64,000 nucleotides of DNA from Rhizobium sp. Q54 (GCA_945861155.1 CAMATN010000004.1:3237-67236), one strand, 5' to 3'; positions 1 through 9,384 are shown, counted from the stretch's first letter. Made by a program: numbers and translations. The notes: generated by a model not told the origin, from the sequence alone.

Positions 1-351
1 CGCGGCGAAGCGCCAGTTGCTGCTTTGCCTGGTCGATGTCGTCTCGCTTCAGAGAATCCCACATCGGAACACCTCCCCGATTTCACGGCTACCGCCCAGC
101 GTAAACCAGAATCAACCGGCGCACATCGGCTAACGAATGGGATTATTTATGTATTTGTCATGACAGTTCGAGTCATTCCATGCGGTGGCGCGAAACGGCA
201 AGATTTTTAGAAAAACCTTCGCTAAAATGGAAGCTGTTCATCTTGCTTTTCCGGGCGACCGATAAATACGCTGAGGGCATGAAATCCTGATATGAGGTGC
301 TGTGCCATTTGAACGAGATCATGGTTTCAGCATGTGAATGAGGGGTTCGCG

Positions 352-999
352 ATGAGTTCGTTCGAGTGGATGGAGCTGCATGCCCTTACCAGCGAAATCA
401 ATGCCTCGCGAACTCGATTGTCGGCGGCCAGGGTCAATAAAGACAGCCGTCTCGCGCGGGTATTGGAGGAAGAGATCGCCGGGGCCGAACAGCGACGCAC
501 CCGCCTCCTCGCCCATATCACCACCCACCTTGCCAGCGTTCCCGAAGGTTCGCCGCCGGCCGAGGCAATCGAAGAAGCGAACCCCGGTCAGGCCTTGGCC
601 CAAATCGAGGAGATCGCCGATCAGGCGGCGGCAGAACAACCGCTCGCCGAAATCGGCGATCGGAGCATTGGAAGCGCCGCTCCGTCACCCGCCGCCGCCA
701 TTCCCCAGGCCGACAATTCAGGAGGCATCATCGTGTGGGATCAACTGAGCTTCGGAGACATCGAGCGCGAAACAAACCAACTTGGGGTGCGCCGCGCCGA
801 AATGCTGGCGCGGCACGCCGAGGAGCTGAAAGCGCTGGAGGTCGATCAGACCCAACTCGATGCCCTGGAACAGGCCATCGAGGCTTTTGTGCGACGTTTC
901 GGCCCGTCATCCCCCGAGGACGCACAACAGAGCGCCCCAGGGAGCGCAATCGTTGTGCTCGGCGAGGAACGCGAGTCGCGCCTGCAGGGCCGCGCCTGA
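352..999 (+). CDS. hypothetical Ala/Glu/Gln-rich helical protein
   Basis: ORF 334..999 starts at a GTG. An in-frame ATG at 352 is preceded by GAGGGG. No family motif recognised. Confidence 0.45.
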   Translation: MSSFEWMELHALTSEINASRTRLSAARVNKDSRLARVLEEEIAGAEQRRTRLLAHITTHLASVPEGSPPAEAIEEANPGQALAQIEEIADQAAAEQPLAEIGDRSIGSAAPSPAAAIPQADNSGGIIVWDQLSFGDIERETNQLGVRRAEMLARHAEELKALEVDQTQLDALEQAIEAFVRRFGPSSPEDAQQSAPGSAIVVLGEERESRLQGRA

Positions 1000-1028
1000 G
1001 CCCGAGCGCTTGCCGCGGCGACCGTCGG

Positions 1029-2480
1029 TCAACCCTCGACAGATAACCGGCGACCCGCCTTGAGCAGGCTTTGCGGCTCGTCGAACGAAAGCGGCGCACC
1101 GGTAAATTTGCTGTTGGCGAGCAGGTAGGTCGCCTTGTTGGTTTCGATGTTGAACTCGGGAAAACCACGCCGCGGGCTGAATTGCGGACGCGCGGCGAGC
1201 CGCTCGGCGAGTTCGAGGTGATTGCCGATATCGAAAAACTCGATCGCGTTTTTGTGGTATTCGGCGAATTCCAGGAACGTATGGGTCCGCGAGGCGATGA
1301 TCCGGCAGCCAAGTTCGAGCGCTTGCGATATCGGACCCGACGATGATTGCCCGACTTCGAGATACGGAAACACGACCGCATCGCAGATTGTCATGCCGCT
1401 GAGGAAATCTGCTTCGGCAAGCGCCCCCATGAAGTGGATGCGCGCCGACAAATCGCGCGGATGGCTCCCCAACAATTCGCCCAGCCCCCGGTCGGCGGTT
1501 ACCACCAGCGGAGGTCCGCCGTGAGGAGCGCTCAACCGGTCGTACAGCGTCGTATCCATGTAGGCGTGGCCGAATAGCGAGGTGATATACGGGTGCCGCG
1601 GCTGACGCGGCGCGATCTCCTGCGGGTGCACCCCGCCGAAGATCAGCAGGTGATGATTTTTCGGCAGATATTGCAGCGCCTCAATTGCCGTCTCGATACC
1701 TTTGTATTCGTTTAGAAAACCGAAGACGCCGATCAGCACCGCATCGGCCGGCAAACCGTCCAGCATCGCAAAGCGCGGCCGCGCGGCGCCGCTCCGGATC
1801 GCCTCGGCCTCACTCGCCGCGAGATAGGAGAGCGGGTGATCGAATACCTGCCGGACGCCGTATAGATAGCGGGCGTCGTGCAGGTCGCGCCGGTTGTGCA
1901 CGATCGCGCTGACCTGCTTGTAGGTCTGCGCCCGGCGCAGCTGGCGGGCGATCCCATGCGAGAGCAGGTGGGTGCGGCGGAATTCCGCCTGCATCCGCGC
2001 CGCCGCCTTGAACTTCAGCGTCACGAGCGCCTTGGCGAAACCGGTCGCGTCGAAGGCGGGCGGCATCGGCAGCGTGTGGAAGGTGACCGACAGACGCGGC
2101 GCGGCATCGGTGAGCCAGCAGAACCGACGGTAGATGTCGGCGCCTTGCCGGCCCAGCGTGCCGTGTTCGAGCTGCAGGTTGACGACATCGAACTGCCGCA
2201 GCGCGCGGCAGATCGACTTGACGTGACGGTCGGCGAGCTTGCGGACGCGGCGGTTCGGGTTGCGCAGCAGGTATTGGTTCAGGTCGAACACGGTAATGTC
2301 GAATGCCCCGTCGAGCTGCCGCCGCAGGGCGGCGGTATAGGCGGCGATGCCGCACAATTTGCTGCTGGTCGAGACGATCGCGAGGGTTTCCTTGCGCGAC
2401 GGCGGTGCGGCTGCAAGCGGCTCCAGGTCCACCCGGTCGGGGTAGAGCGCGGCGGGGGAGCGGAACGCGAACATCGCCAT
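1029..2480 (-). CDS. glycosyltransferase (GT1/GT4-like), capsule locus
   Basis: 483-aa ORF directly downstream of kpsE. The C-terminal half has the GT-B type pattern (LLIFGGVHPQE ... FPYLEVGQSSSGPISQALELGCRIIASR). The long opposite-strand ORF is Arg-rich shadow. Confidence 0.65.
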   Translation of the reverse strand: MAMFAFRSPAALYPDRVDLEPLAAAPPSRKETLAIVSTSSKLCGIAAYTAALRRQLDGAFDITVFDLNQYLLRNPNRRVRKLADRHVKSICRALRQFDVVNLQLEHGTLGRQGADIYRRFCWLTDAAPRLSVTFHTLPMPPAFDATGFAKALVTLKFKAAARMQAEFRRTHLLSHGIARQLRRAQTYKQVSAIVHNRRDLHDARYLYGVRQVFDHPLSYLAASEAEAIRSGAARPRFAMLDGLPADAVLIGVFGFLNEYKGIETAIEALQYLPKNHHLLIFGGVHPQEIAPRQPRHPYITSLFGHAYMDTTLYDRLSAPHGGPPLVVTADRGLGELLGSHPRDLSARIHFMGALAEADFLSGMTICDAVVFPYLEVGQSSSGPISQALELGCRIIASRTHTFLEFAEYHKNAIEFFDIGNHLELAERLAARPQFSPRRGFPEFNIETNKATYLLANSKFTGAPLSFDEPQSLLKAGRRLSVEG

Positions 2481-2519
2481 GGTGCTCTCCTCAAAATGCG
2501 TAATCGGGACACCGCGCCG

Positions 2520-3830
2520 TCACGACAGGTGATCGCGCACGGATTGTGCCGCCAGCCCGCCGATGCCCCAGAACGCGAGTGCAAGCAGCGCGAGGGTGCC
2601 GAGCGATCGCCAGCGACGGGGATAGATCGCTTCTTCCGGCAGGCTCGGCGGAATGAAGCTGGCGATAAAGACATGCTGGCGATCGGCCGTGGCGCGGGCC
2701 TGGTCGACCCCGCGCAGCGCGAGCTGGTAGGCCGCCTCGGCGAATTTCCGCGTGCTCTCCAGCTGTTCGTAAGCGCCGAGGGTCCGCGACAGCGTGTCGG
2801 GACGCGTCTTGTCCGGATCGGTCAACTCATCGGACAGGATTCGCCGCTGGGCCTCGAGCGATTTGATACGCGCGGTCAGAACCTTGATCGAGGGCGCATC
2901 GTCGCGCATGTAGCGCTTCAGCGTCGCCCGTTCGGCGTTCGCCCGAATCAGTTCGTCGCGCAGCCGGGTCGCGAGGAGCCCGGTCGCCTCGGCTGTCCTC
3001 GCCGGGTCGATCATCCCCTCCCGGTCGCGGAATGCGCGGATCTCTCCGAGTACCGATTTGAGCCGGGTTTCGGCTTGCGCCAACTCCGCCTCGGCGCGCT
3101 GCGCTCCGTCGCGCCGCGCCCGCCGCGACAGCTCGTTGACCAGCTTTTCGCAAGACGCGACGATCGCCTCGGACAGGCGCAGCGCGTCGGCCGGCGCAAA
3201 GGCGCGGACTCGGACCGTGACCGAGCCGTAGGCCGGGTCGTAAAACGGATCGACCTGCCCCTTCCAGTACCGCACCAGCGCTTCGATCGAGGCTGGAATC
3301 GTCAACCCCGACCACCAATCGGCCTGCGGCGGCGAGAAAAACCGACGAAGGTCGAGCGTCGCGTCGATCTCGTCGACGATCGCCCGGCTGGTGATGTACT
3401 GGACGACGATCTGCGACTCCAACGCCACCGGAGATTGGATCGGGTTGCCGGCGAAGAGCGACATCGGGTCGAAGCGCGGCGCGTCGACGCTGTTGAGCGT
3501 AAAGCGGAACTCCGCGACGTACTGGTCGGCCGCGACGGCAAAATAATAGACGGACGCCGCGGCTATCGGCATCGCCACCAGCGCGGCAAACGACAGGACG
3601 CGCAACGACAGGAATCGCAGCGGCAGAATGCTCCAGGATGGGCGGCCGCCGGGACCGGCCGCGCGCTCGACCGCCAGCGGCGTGCGCAGGCCGCGCGCGC
3701 TTGGCACGAGCAGCCCGCCGGCCTGCGCCGGCAGGGCAGGCTCGGACGGAGTACCGACCGGTTGGTAATCCTCGGGCGATCGCGGCGCGGCCAACTCCGG
3801 CGCGCGCGTCAGTCGGGGCGCGAATCGCAT
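2520..3830 (-). CDS. kpsE: capsule polysaccharide export inner-membrane protein, KpsE/CtrB (PCP-3) type
   Basis: N-terminal TM segment (FAALVAMPIAAASVYYFAVAADQYVAEFRF), a long coiled periplasmic region and a C-terminal TM. It lies directly downstream of kpsT. I chose the ATG at 3830 (MRFAPRL) rather than the ORF maximum at 3932. It overlaps the kpsT stop by 22 nt. Confidence 0.7.
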   Translation of the reverse strand: MRFAPRLTRAPELAAPRSPEDYQPVGTPSEPALPAQAGGLLVPSARGLRTPLAVERAAGPGGRPSWSILPLRFLSLRVLSFAALVAMPIAAASVYYFAVAADQYVAEFRFTLNSVDAPRFDPMSLFAGNPIQSPVALESQIVVQYITSRAIVDEIDATLDLRRFFSPPQADWWSGLTIPASIEALVRYWKGQVDPFYDPAYGSVTVRVRAFAPADALRLSEAIVASCEKLVNELSRRARRDGAQRAEAELAQAETRLKSVLGEIRAFRDREGMIDPARTAEATGLLATRLRDELIRANAERATLKRYMRDDAPSIKVLTARIKSLEAQRRILSDELTDPDKTRPDTLSRTLGAYEQLESTRKFAEAAYQLALRGVDQARATADRQHVFIASFIPPSLPEEAIYPRRWRSLGTLALLALAFWGIGGLAAQSVRDHLS

Positions 3831-4492
3831 GAGGGCGGCTCCGCGAGGGTGCGCCGATAGTACTGGAACGCGCTCGCGACATCGTCGAACAGCTGCAAGC
3901 GGCCGCCCGCGAGAACGGCTGCGCGATCGCAATACTGGCGTATCGTATGGTGATTATGGGTCGCGAGGATGACGTCGGAGCGCCGCAGACGCTCGCGAAA
4001 CGCAGCCGCGCATTTGCGGCGAAAGCGCTCGTCGCCGATCTCCGTTATCTCGTCGATCAGATAGACGTCGAAATCGATCGCCAGGCAGGCGCCGAAGGCG
4101 AGCCGCGCCCGCATTCCGGCCGAATAGGTGTTGACGGGCATCTCGAAATAATCGCCGAGTTCGGCGAATTCATCGACAAAATCGGTCGTCTGGCGCACCC
4201 CGGCGCCGTACACCCGGGCGATGAACGCGACATTTTCGCGGCCCGACAGGGCGCCGTGGAAGGTGCCGCCAAACCCGAGCGGAAACGACACGAGGACATC
4301 GCGGCGAATGGCGCCGCGATCGGGCATCTCGGACCCCGCCAGCAACCGGATCAGGGTCGACTTGCCGGAGCCGTTGGCCCCGAGGATGCCGATATTATGG
4401 CCGGACGGAAAATCGACGGTCGTATGGTCAAGGAGGAGCCTGCGGCCGGAGGCGGTCTTGTAGGTCTTCACGACGCCTTCGAGGGCGATCAC
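3809..4492 (-). CDS. kpsT: capsule polysaccharide export ABC transporter ATP-binding protein
   Basis: Walker A GANGSGKST, signature YSAGMRARL, Walker B YLIDE. Collinear with E. coli KpsT as I recall it. The GTG start overlaps the kpsM stop (GTGA). Confidence 0.9.
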   Translation of the reverse strand: MIALEGVVKTYKTASGRRLLLDHTTVDFPSGHNIGILGANGSGKSTLIRLLAGSEMPDRGAIRRDVLVSFPLGFGGTFHGALSGRENVAFIARVYGAGVRQTTDFVDEFAELGDYFEMPVNTYSAGMRARLAFGACLAIDFDVYLIDEITEIGDERFRRKCAAAFRERLRRSDVILATHNHHTIRQYCDRAAVLAGGRLQLFDDVASAFQYYRRTLAEPPSCDSRPD

Positions 4493-5060
4493 AACGGCGC
4501 GCTCAACTTGCGGTGCGACAAGCGGTGCAGCGCGAGCCCGCCCAGGAGCGCCAGGATCGCAACGACGACCAGGTACGATTGGTCAAGCCAATGCGGCTGG
4601 TAGCTCGCGAAGAACCCGGCGCGGAACCAGTCGATCGCATGCAATAACGGGTTCCACACGAGGATCTCCCGCGCCCACTCCGGCATCATTCCCGGCACAT
4701 AGAAAATGCCCGAAATGAAATACAGAACGCGGGTCAACTGTCCGTAGATCTTTTCCCATGACCGCCAGAACACGGTGACGACGGCGTTGATACAGCCGAT
4801 CCCGCAACCCAACGCCGCGATAACCAGCAGCGCCATCGACGGCGCCCACCAATCATCCGGCATCGCCGCCATGCCGATCGCCGCGAACCCCGCCAGCAGG
4901 ATTACCGCGACAATGATGTCGGTCGTGACTTCGAGGATGCCGCGCGCGGCGATCACATCGAACGTCGTGACCCGCGGCAGTTGCAGCAGCGGCGCATTAC
5001 CGACGATGGCATGGCTCATCCCGCTGCTGGCGTGGACGAACACATGATAGGGAATGAGGC
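4489..5060 (-). pseudogene. kpsM: 3-prime fragment of kpsM (ABC-2 capsule export permease), cut by the IS insertion
   Basis: Multi-TM ABC-2 sequence (…TGLIPYHVFVHASSG…WNPLLHAIDWFRAGFF…). The first 8 residues of ORF 4489..5088 are encoded by the IS end. The true N-terminus lies at 11964..12171. Confidence 0.85.
5053..5060. repeat. 8-bp target-site duplication, left copy (AATGAGGC)
   Basis: Identical octamer at 11956..11963, each directly abutting a terminal inverted repeat. Confidence 0.85.
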
Positions 5061-5083
5061 CGGTATTATGGCGCAAATGGGAC
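5061..5083. repeat. left terminal inverted repeat CGGTATTATGGCGCAAATGGGAC
   Basis: Perfect reverse complement of 11933..11955. Confidence 0.9.
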
Positions 5084-5162
5084 CACACGATCTGGTGCTT
5101 GAAACCCCGCCTCAGTAGCTACATATAGTGAGGCGATCCTAAAATGCCCGTGGCCTTTGCTC

Positions 5163-5996
5163 ATGCGCACGAACTATCGAACGATTGCCCGACAGGCATT
5201 GAAGCGGGCCAGAGCCGAAACAGCGAGCGGTGATCCCGAGCGGCTTGCCTACGCGGCTCTCGAATTGCGGAACGCACTGGAAGCGGTGACGTATGACAGG
5301 GCACAACTATATAAGGACGAGGTTTCCGCCGACGTATATCGGACATGGCAGCCACGGAAGGTCATCAGATACATGGCCGAGATCGACCAGATGGTGTCTT
5401 TCAAAAGTTGGGAAGTATTGTTCAAGCCGCAGCACAAACCCGGCGAACCTGAGAACCGTTGGATTTCTTTCGGCACAGAGACCCTTCTGACTCAGAAGAA
5501 CCTCAAAGATCACTATGATGCCTTGGGGAGTTTCCTACACGTTCCTACCCCTCATCAAATTGCCAACAATAAAGAGCCAGACAATGAACGTCTTAGAGAA
5601 CACTGCGAAGAATGTATTGCCATTCTCGACAGAGTTCTGAAATCTCCTGTATCCAAGGTCACGTTCAGTGTGTCTTCCAAAGGGGAATGTCAGCGATGTG
5701 GTCATATTGTCATAAAGCGAACCCCACCGAACTCAACAGTACCTTTTGAAGCTCGTTGTTTCGAGTGTGGTGCCGGATACGTGGTGACGCATGAGGGTCC
5801 AAATACAGTGAGATGGATTCCAAAAACATGTCCGATAGGATGTCAAACTCCCGGCTGCGACCAGGAAATAGAGCTATGGGAGGACGAGATTCGGCCTGGT
5901 GTCACATGGGACTGCGAGGGGTGTGGGGAAAGCTATGCGCTCCATCTAAGGATAATGCAGAAAATCAGAACTGACATAGGGACGGTCGAAACATGA
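5163..5996 (+). CDS. hypothetical protein: helical N-domain plus tandem zinc ribbons (cargo gene A)
   Basis: ORF 5157..5996 starts at a TTG; the first ATG is at 5163. The C-terminal third has several Cys pairs (CQRCGH, CFECG, CPIGC..CDQE, CEGCG). Its stop overlaps the next start (ATGA). Confidence 0.6.
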   Translation: MRTNYRTIARQALKRARAETASGDPERLAYAALELRNALEAVTYDRAQLYKDEVSADVYRTWQPRKVIRYMAEIDQMVSFKSWEVLFKPQHKPGEPENRWISFGTETLLTQKNLKDHYDALGSFLHVPTPHQIANNKEPDNERLREHCEECIAILDRVLKSPVSKVTFSVSSKGECQRCGHIVIKRTPPNSTVPFEARCFECGAGYVVTHEGPNTVRWIPKTCPIGCQTPGCDQEIELWEDEIRPGVTWDCEGCGESYALHLRIMQKIRTDIGTVET

Positions 5997-6529
5997 TTAA
6001 ATTGGTATTGGTGTGGAGTGGGGTGGCACTCGGCGGGGTTATTCTGATCGCGGTGTATTGGAACTTTTCACCGACCAATACGGCTAAACAGAATCTTGGC
6101 ACGTTTGGTCTCCTTGGAGATTGGTCATTCGATTGCGCTAGTAAGGGACGGACAACGTTTACCGCGCCATTTTTCGGTAATCCCACTGGCATTTCGACTG
6201 ATGGCAATGAAAACACATATTCAGCGGCGGAGATTAAATCCGCTACAAGGCTCACCGACGACAAACTCAAAATCGTATCTCTGATTACGAAGGTGCCGGA
6301 CGCAAATAAGAAGAACGATGCCGCTCGACAAGAAGGTGAGATTTGGCAAACGGTTTATGAACGAATTGGCAAGAAGATGCGGGTTATGGAGATTGAACGA
6401 GAAGATGGAAAGAAAGTCGTGGTCAAGAACGGTTATTTTTACGAAACCCGCGAAGGAAAAGAGCCGACAAAGACCACTAATTTCGCACTTTTCCTTGAAA
6501 AGTGTCTCAACTGGCACTGTTGCCATTGA
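5993..6529 (+). CDS. hypothetical membrane-anchored protein (cargo gene B)
   Basis: N-terminal TM helix LVLVWSGVALGGVILIAVYW followed by a Lys/Glu-rich soluble domain. Translationally coupled to gene A. Confidence 0.6.
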   Translation: MIKLVLVWSGVALGGVILIAVYWNFSPTNTAKQNLGTFGLLGDWSFDCASKGRTTFTAPFFGNPTGISTDGNENTYSAAEIKSATRLTDDKLKIVSLITKVPDANKKNDAARQEGEIWQTVYERIGKKMRVMEIEREDGKKVVVKNGYFYETREGKEPTKTTNFALFLEKCLNWHCCH

Positions 6530-6612
6530 TCTGACCGCACAGCGTCAGTAATGAAGGAGTTCTTTTTCGTATATAGTAGTGTAACGTTTTTCAGTTGAGG
6601 GAGGGTAATCAA

Positions 6613-6984
6613 ATGCCCCACATTGAATCTCTATACGAGGTTGAGTTCGGTGATGTTGCAGACGGCGGTGCCAGCTACCGTAATGGCGGCGAATTCGTCC
6701 TGGAAGCCAACCGAATTTTCGGCGGCGATAGCGGCTATTACTACAACGGCACGTTCTCATGCGATGGTGAACAGATCGCAGCCGACGTGAAGATCGTCAA
6801 ACACAACCCGAATTGGGGCAATGCATTTGGCGATGCTGCACAATCTTTCAATGTGCGGCTCCAAGGAACCGTCAACAACACCGTGATCGAAGGCTCTATG
6901 GAAAGGCTGGATCGACCGGGAATACGTTTGCCGGTCAGGTTGACATGGAAAGAAGATCTTCCCTGCGAGATACCGCCACCATAA
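6613..6984 (+). CDS. GrlR-like small beta-barrel protein (cargo gene C)
   Basis: The ATG at 6613 has a strong SD (GAGGGAGGG). The pattern LYEVEF..G....GGEFVLEANRIFGGDSGYYYNGTF...DG.QIAADVKIVKHN resembles the GrlR family as I recall it. Not verified. Confidence 0.5.
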   Translation: MPHIESLYEVEFGDVADGGASYRNGGEFVLEANRIFGGDSGYYYNGTFSCDGEQIAADVKIVKHNPNWGNAFGDAAQSFNVRLQGTVNNTVIEGSMERLDRPGIRLPVRLTWKEDLPCEIPPP

Positions 6985-7010
6985 CGAGAGGATTATGAAC
7001 GGAGAGGAAT

Positions 7011-7952
7011 TTATTGCAGATCAGGCGCGTATGACCAACCATTCTTCTCGGTTTTGACCCAACGGCAAGCACTGGTATTTGAGATTTCATGGTGTCGTGC
7101 GGCACTTGCACAGGTCGGAAACGGGCCATCCGGCGTGTTGACAGCCCGGTGGTTGTGATCTTTCGGCGAGAGGATGAATTTCTCGACGACGACATGGGCG
7201 TAAATATAGCGATGTTTGATACCCCACACGGTAGGAACAGATACTCCATATTGGGCACTGATTTCCTTGTAATATCGGGCGTCAGCACAGATCGCTCGAA
7301 TGTCGTCATCCGATAAGTTACCCATCTGGTGTCCTTTCTGGAATGATGCGCGCGGTCGGATGAACACTTCCTCGCAATATACATGATCATAGGCAAGTCC
7401 ATGCTTGATACGTTGGACCATCGAAGCTGTGATATCGTACTGCTCGCCGATTTCTCTGTATAATCGTTTATCTACACAAACCGCGCGAATTTCCTCGTCA
7501 GATAATTTTCCAGGAGTCCCGAACTCACCAAGTAAGATACGGAGATTTATGCGTGTTCGCGCCGCCGCCTTATATTCCTCTGATCGATGGGTTCCCAATA
7601 CCGCCTCCTGAGCCGCAGCTATCGAGGTAATTCGTTGAAGTCGGCGTTTTGGGTGGTTGGACGAGCACCGCTTGCTGCAAAACTGTCGTTTAGCAAAGGT
7701 CGTAATTTGTTCTTTCTGGCGTCGTACAAGGGACTTTTGGCATAATGCACAATGTCTATCGGGCACAACCCGTCTGTGGCCGTGCCCCGCACATCGCACG
7801 TTGCAATATTTTCGTCTTATGTAGAAATAACGATATTCGTTCCAACGTTGGACGAGTTTCTTCTGACAGAAAGCACACTGTCGGTCATCGTCAACGATAA
7901 TCTGTTTCCGTCCCATTTTCCCTATTCTCTTTTGAGAACGATGAGGGAGCAC
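7011..7952 (-). CDS. modular DNA-binding protein: 2x Cys4 zinc finger, 2x HTH repeat, NUMOD1-like C-terminus (cargo gene D)
   Basis: GTG start. Internal duplications: CAFCQKKLV..YCNVRC with CALCQKSLV..FCSKRC, and LSDEEIRAVCVDKRLYREIGEQYDITASMVQRIKHGLAYDHV with LSDDDIRAICADARYYKEISAQYGVSVPTVWGIKHRYIYAHV. C-terminal GPFPTCASAARHHEISNTSACRWVKTEKNGW. Confidence 0.65.
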   Translation of the reverse strand: MLPHRSQKRIGKMGRKQIIVDDDRQCAFCQKKLVQRWNEYRYFYIRRKYCNVRCAGHGHRRVVPDRHCALCQKSLVRRQKEQITTFAKRQFCSKRCSSNHPKRRLQRITSIAAAQEAVLGTHRSEEYKAAARTRINLRILLGEFGTPGKLSDEEIRAVCVDKRLYREIGEQYDITASMVQRIKHGLAYDHVYCEEVFIRPRASFQKGHQMGNLSDDDIRAICADARYYKEISAQYGVSVPTVWGIKHRYIYAHVVVEKFILSPKDHNHRAVNTPDGPFPTCASAARHHEISNTSACRWVKTEKNGWSYAPDLQ

Positions 7953-7973
7953 TGCCCCCTCATTGTGTCCAGG

Positions 7974-8885
7974 TCAAGCAGCTTTCCGAGTTTCAACGTC
8001 CCCGAAAGGCCAGTCTGCTTCGCCCAGACCGTATTGCTCAACAATGTGCAGCCACCGGTTGAACGTTTCTTGCAAGAGATCGCGACGCTGCCGGGCCGGC
8101 ATCGCGTCAAGCCATGCTGCGTCCTTCTCCGCTTGAACATCATCGACCGAGAGGTCGGGCTTACCATCCCGATAGGTTTGCACGAGGCATGCTCGTGCGT
8201 GCTCAACGCCGAGACCGGCGGGTCGACTTACCGGCATAAACATCCGCTGGTCGAGCATGGGGTACGCCAGATCGCCGAGGAACTCCATCACCTTCTTCCC
8301 GGACACCCGCGATGTTCTGGTTGTCGTGGAAGGCTCGATTGGTGGTGTATCTGATGGCTTGCGACCGTTGAGTGGGAACCGCTCTCGCAACTGCTCGATT
8401 AGATCGTCAACCGTATTCTCTAAACAGAGCCGCAGAATTTCCTTCACATGCTGCGGGTGCTGCATAACCCACGGGACCGCCTTACGAGCCTTCGTAAGTC
8501 CGCCCGACTGAGCGATCAGATCGACGATCTCGGGGTCGTTGAACTTCGCGTAGGCGTCGTAGACATCTACGCGGGTGAGGATGTCATTCCGCGTGTAGCA
8601 ACGGTGCGGGAATCGTTGCTGCACAAAAAATATGAAATGGTCCACGGTTACAATCGGGGACTTGATGCCCGCCATCCATTCGGTCGGGCGATGATATAGG
8701 CTCGAAAAGAAATAGCAGCTTTCCCATAGGTAGGTCGCATAATTGCTAACAGAAGAATCGAGTGCATTACACAATTCGTCGAGAGTTATTTTGCTGGCGT
8801 CAGCTTTAACGCCGACGCGTGGCACAGGGTTGTTGATGAATATACGCTTGGACACTGAAATCTCTCCTTTATAATCCGCCGACAA
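7974..8885 (-). CDS. hypothetical protein, 303 aa (cargo gene E)
   Basis: TTG start. It lies 21 nt upstream of gene D on the same strand. No motif recognised. Confidence 0.55.
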   Translation of the reverse strand: MSADYKGEISVSKRIFINNPVPRVGVKADASKITLDELCNALDSSVSNYATYLWESCYFFSSLYHRPTEWMAGIKSPIVTVDHFIFFVQQRFPHRCYTRNDILTRVDVYDAYAKFNDPEIVDLIAQSGGLTKARKAVPWVMQHPQHVKEILRLCLENTVDDLIEQLRERFPLNGRKPSDTPPIEPSTTTRTSRVSGKKVMEFLGDLAYPMLDQRMFMPVSRPAGLGVEHARACLVQTYRDGKPDLSVDDVQAEKDAAWLDAMPARQRRDLLQETFNRWLHIVEQYGLGEADWPFGDVETRKAA

Positions 8886-8959
8886 TCGTTGGATAATCTG
8901 GATATAGTCCAGAGACCAATCTTCATCAAGGGCAGGAGAGGACTTTTAACGAGGCGACT

Positions 8960-9277
8960 TTAACCTTGCTCTGGTATGCCGGCGCGCATTCTGTTGATTT
9001 TCTGCCGAACCTCAATGAGCTTATGTTTTATATCGGGCTGGACGGAAATACCTGTTCCATTTCCATATTCGTCCGTCTGAAAAGTCACGCCGACTTCCTC
9101 GAATATTTTGCGTATATGTTCGAGGATGACTGGCATCGTCTTACGCTTTCCTTTTTCCAAATCTTTAATCGTAGACAAGCCGACATTAGACAAGTCCGCC
9201 AGATCCTCCTGGCTCCATCCCAGCCATGCGCGGGCCGCTCGGCACTGTTCGCCGGTTATCGGTGCGTCATCTGGCAT
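8960..9277 (-). CDS. XRE-family helix-turn-helix transcriptional regulator (cargo gene F)
   Basis: ITGEQCRAARAWLGWSQEDLADLSNVGLSTIKDLEKGKRK is a classic XRE HTH. The ORF maximum reaches the GTG at 9319; I prefer the ATG at 9277 (MPDDAPITG…) by analogy with homologues. Confidence 0.7.
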   Translation of the reverse strand: MPDDAPITGEQCRAARAWLGWSQEDLADLSNVGLSTIKDLEKGKRKTMPVILEHIRKIFEEVGVTFQTDEYGNGTGISVQPDIKHKLIEVRQKINRMRAGIPEQG

Positions 9278-9347
9278 CTCATACTCGCAAACATCCTTAA
9301 CAGTCCCGGAATCTAGCACCCGTTCAGGCTGACTTCAACCATTTCAG

Positions 9348-9384
9348 TTGACCAACGCCGCCGTGTCAGCTAATATCGCTGACA
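9348..9384 (+). promoter_or_regulatory. sigma70-like promoter with overlapping palindromic operator upstream of the transposase
   Basis: TTGACC (9348-9353), a 17-nt spacer and TAATAT (9371-9376), 22 nt before the ATG at 9398. TGTCAGC (9364-9370) and GCTGACA (9378-9384) form a 7-bp inverted repeat bracketing the -10. Confidence 0.45.

Noticed and set aside
1878-3860. 660-aa plus-strand ORF
   Set aside because: It is antisense to the glycosyltransferase and kpsE, and its composition is Arg-rich shadow.
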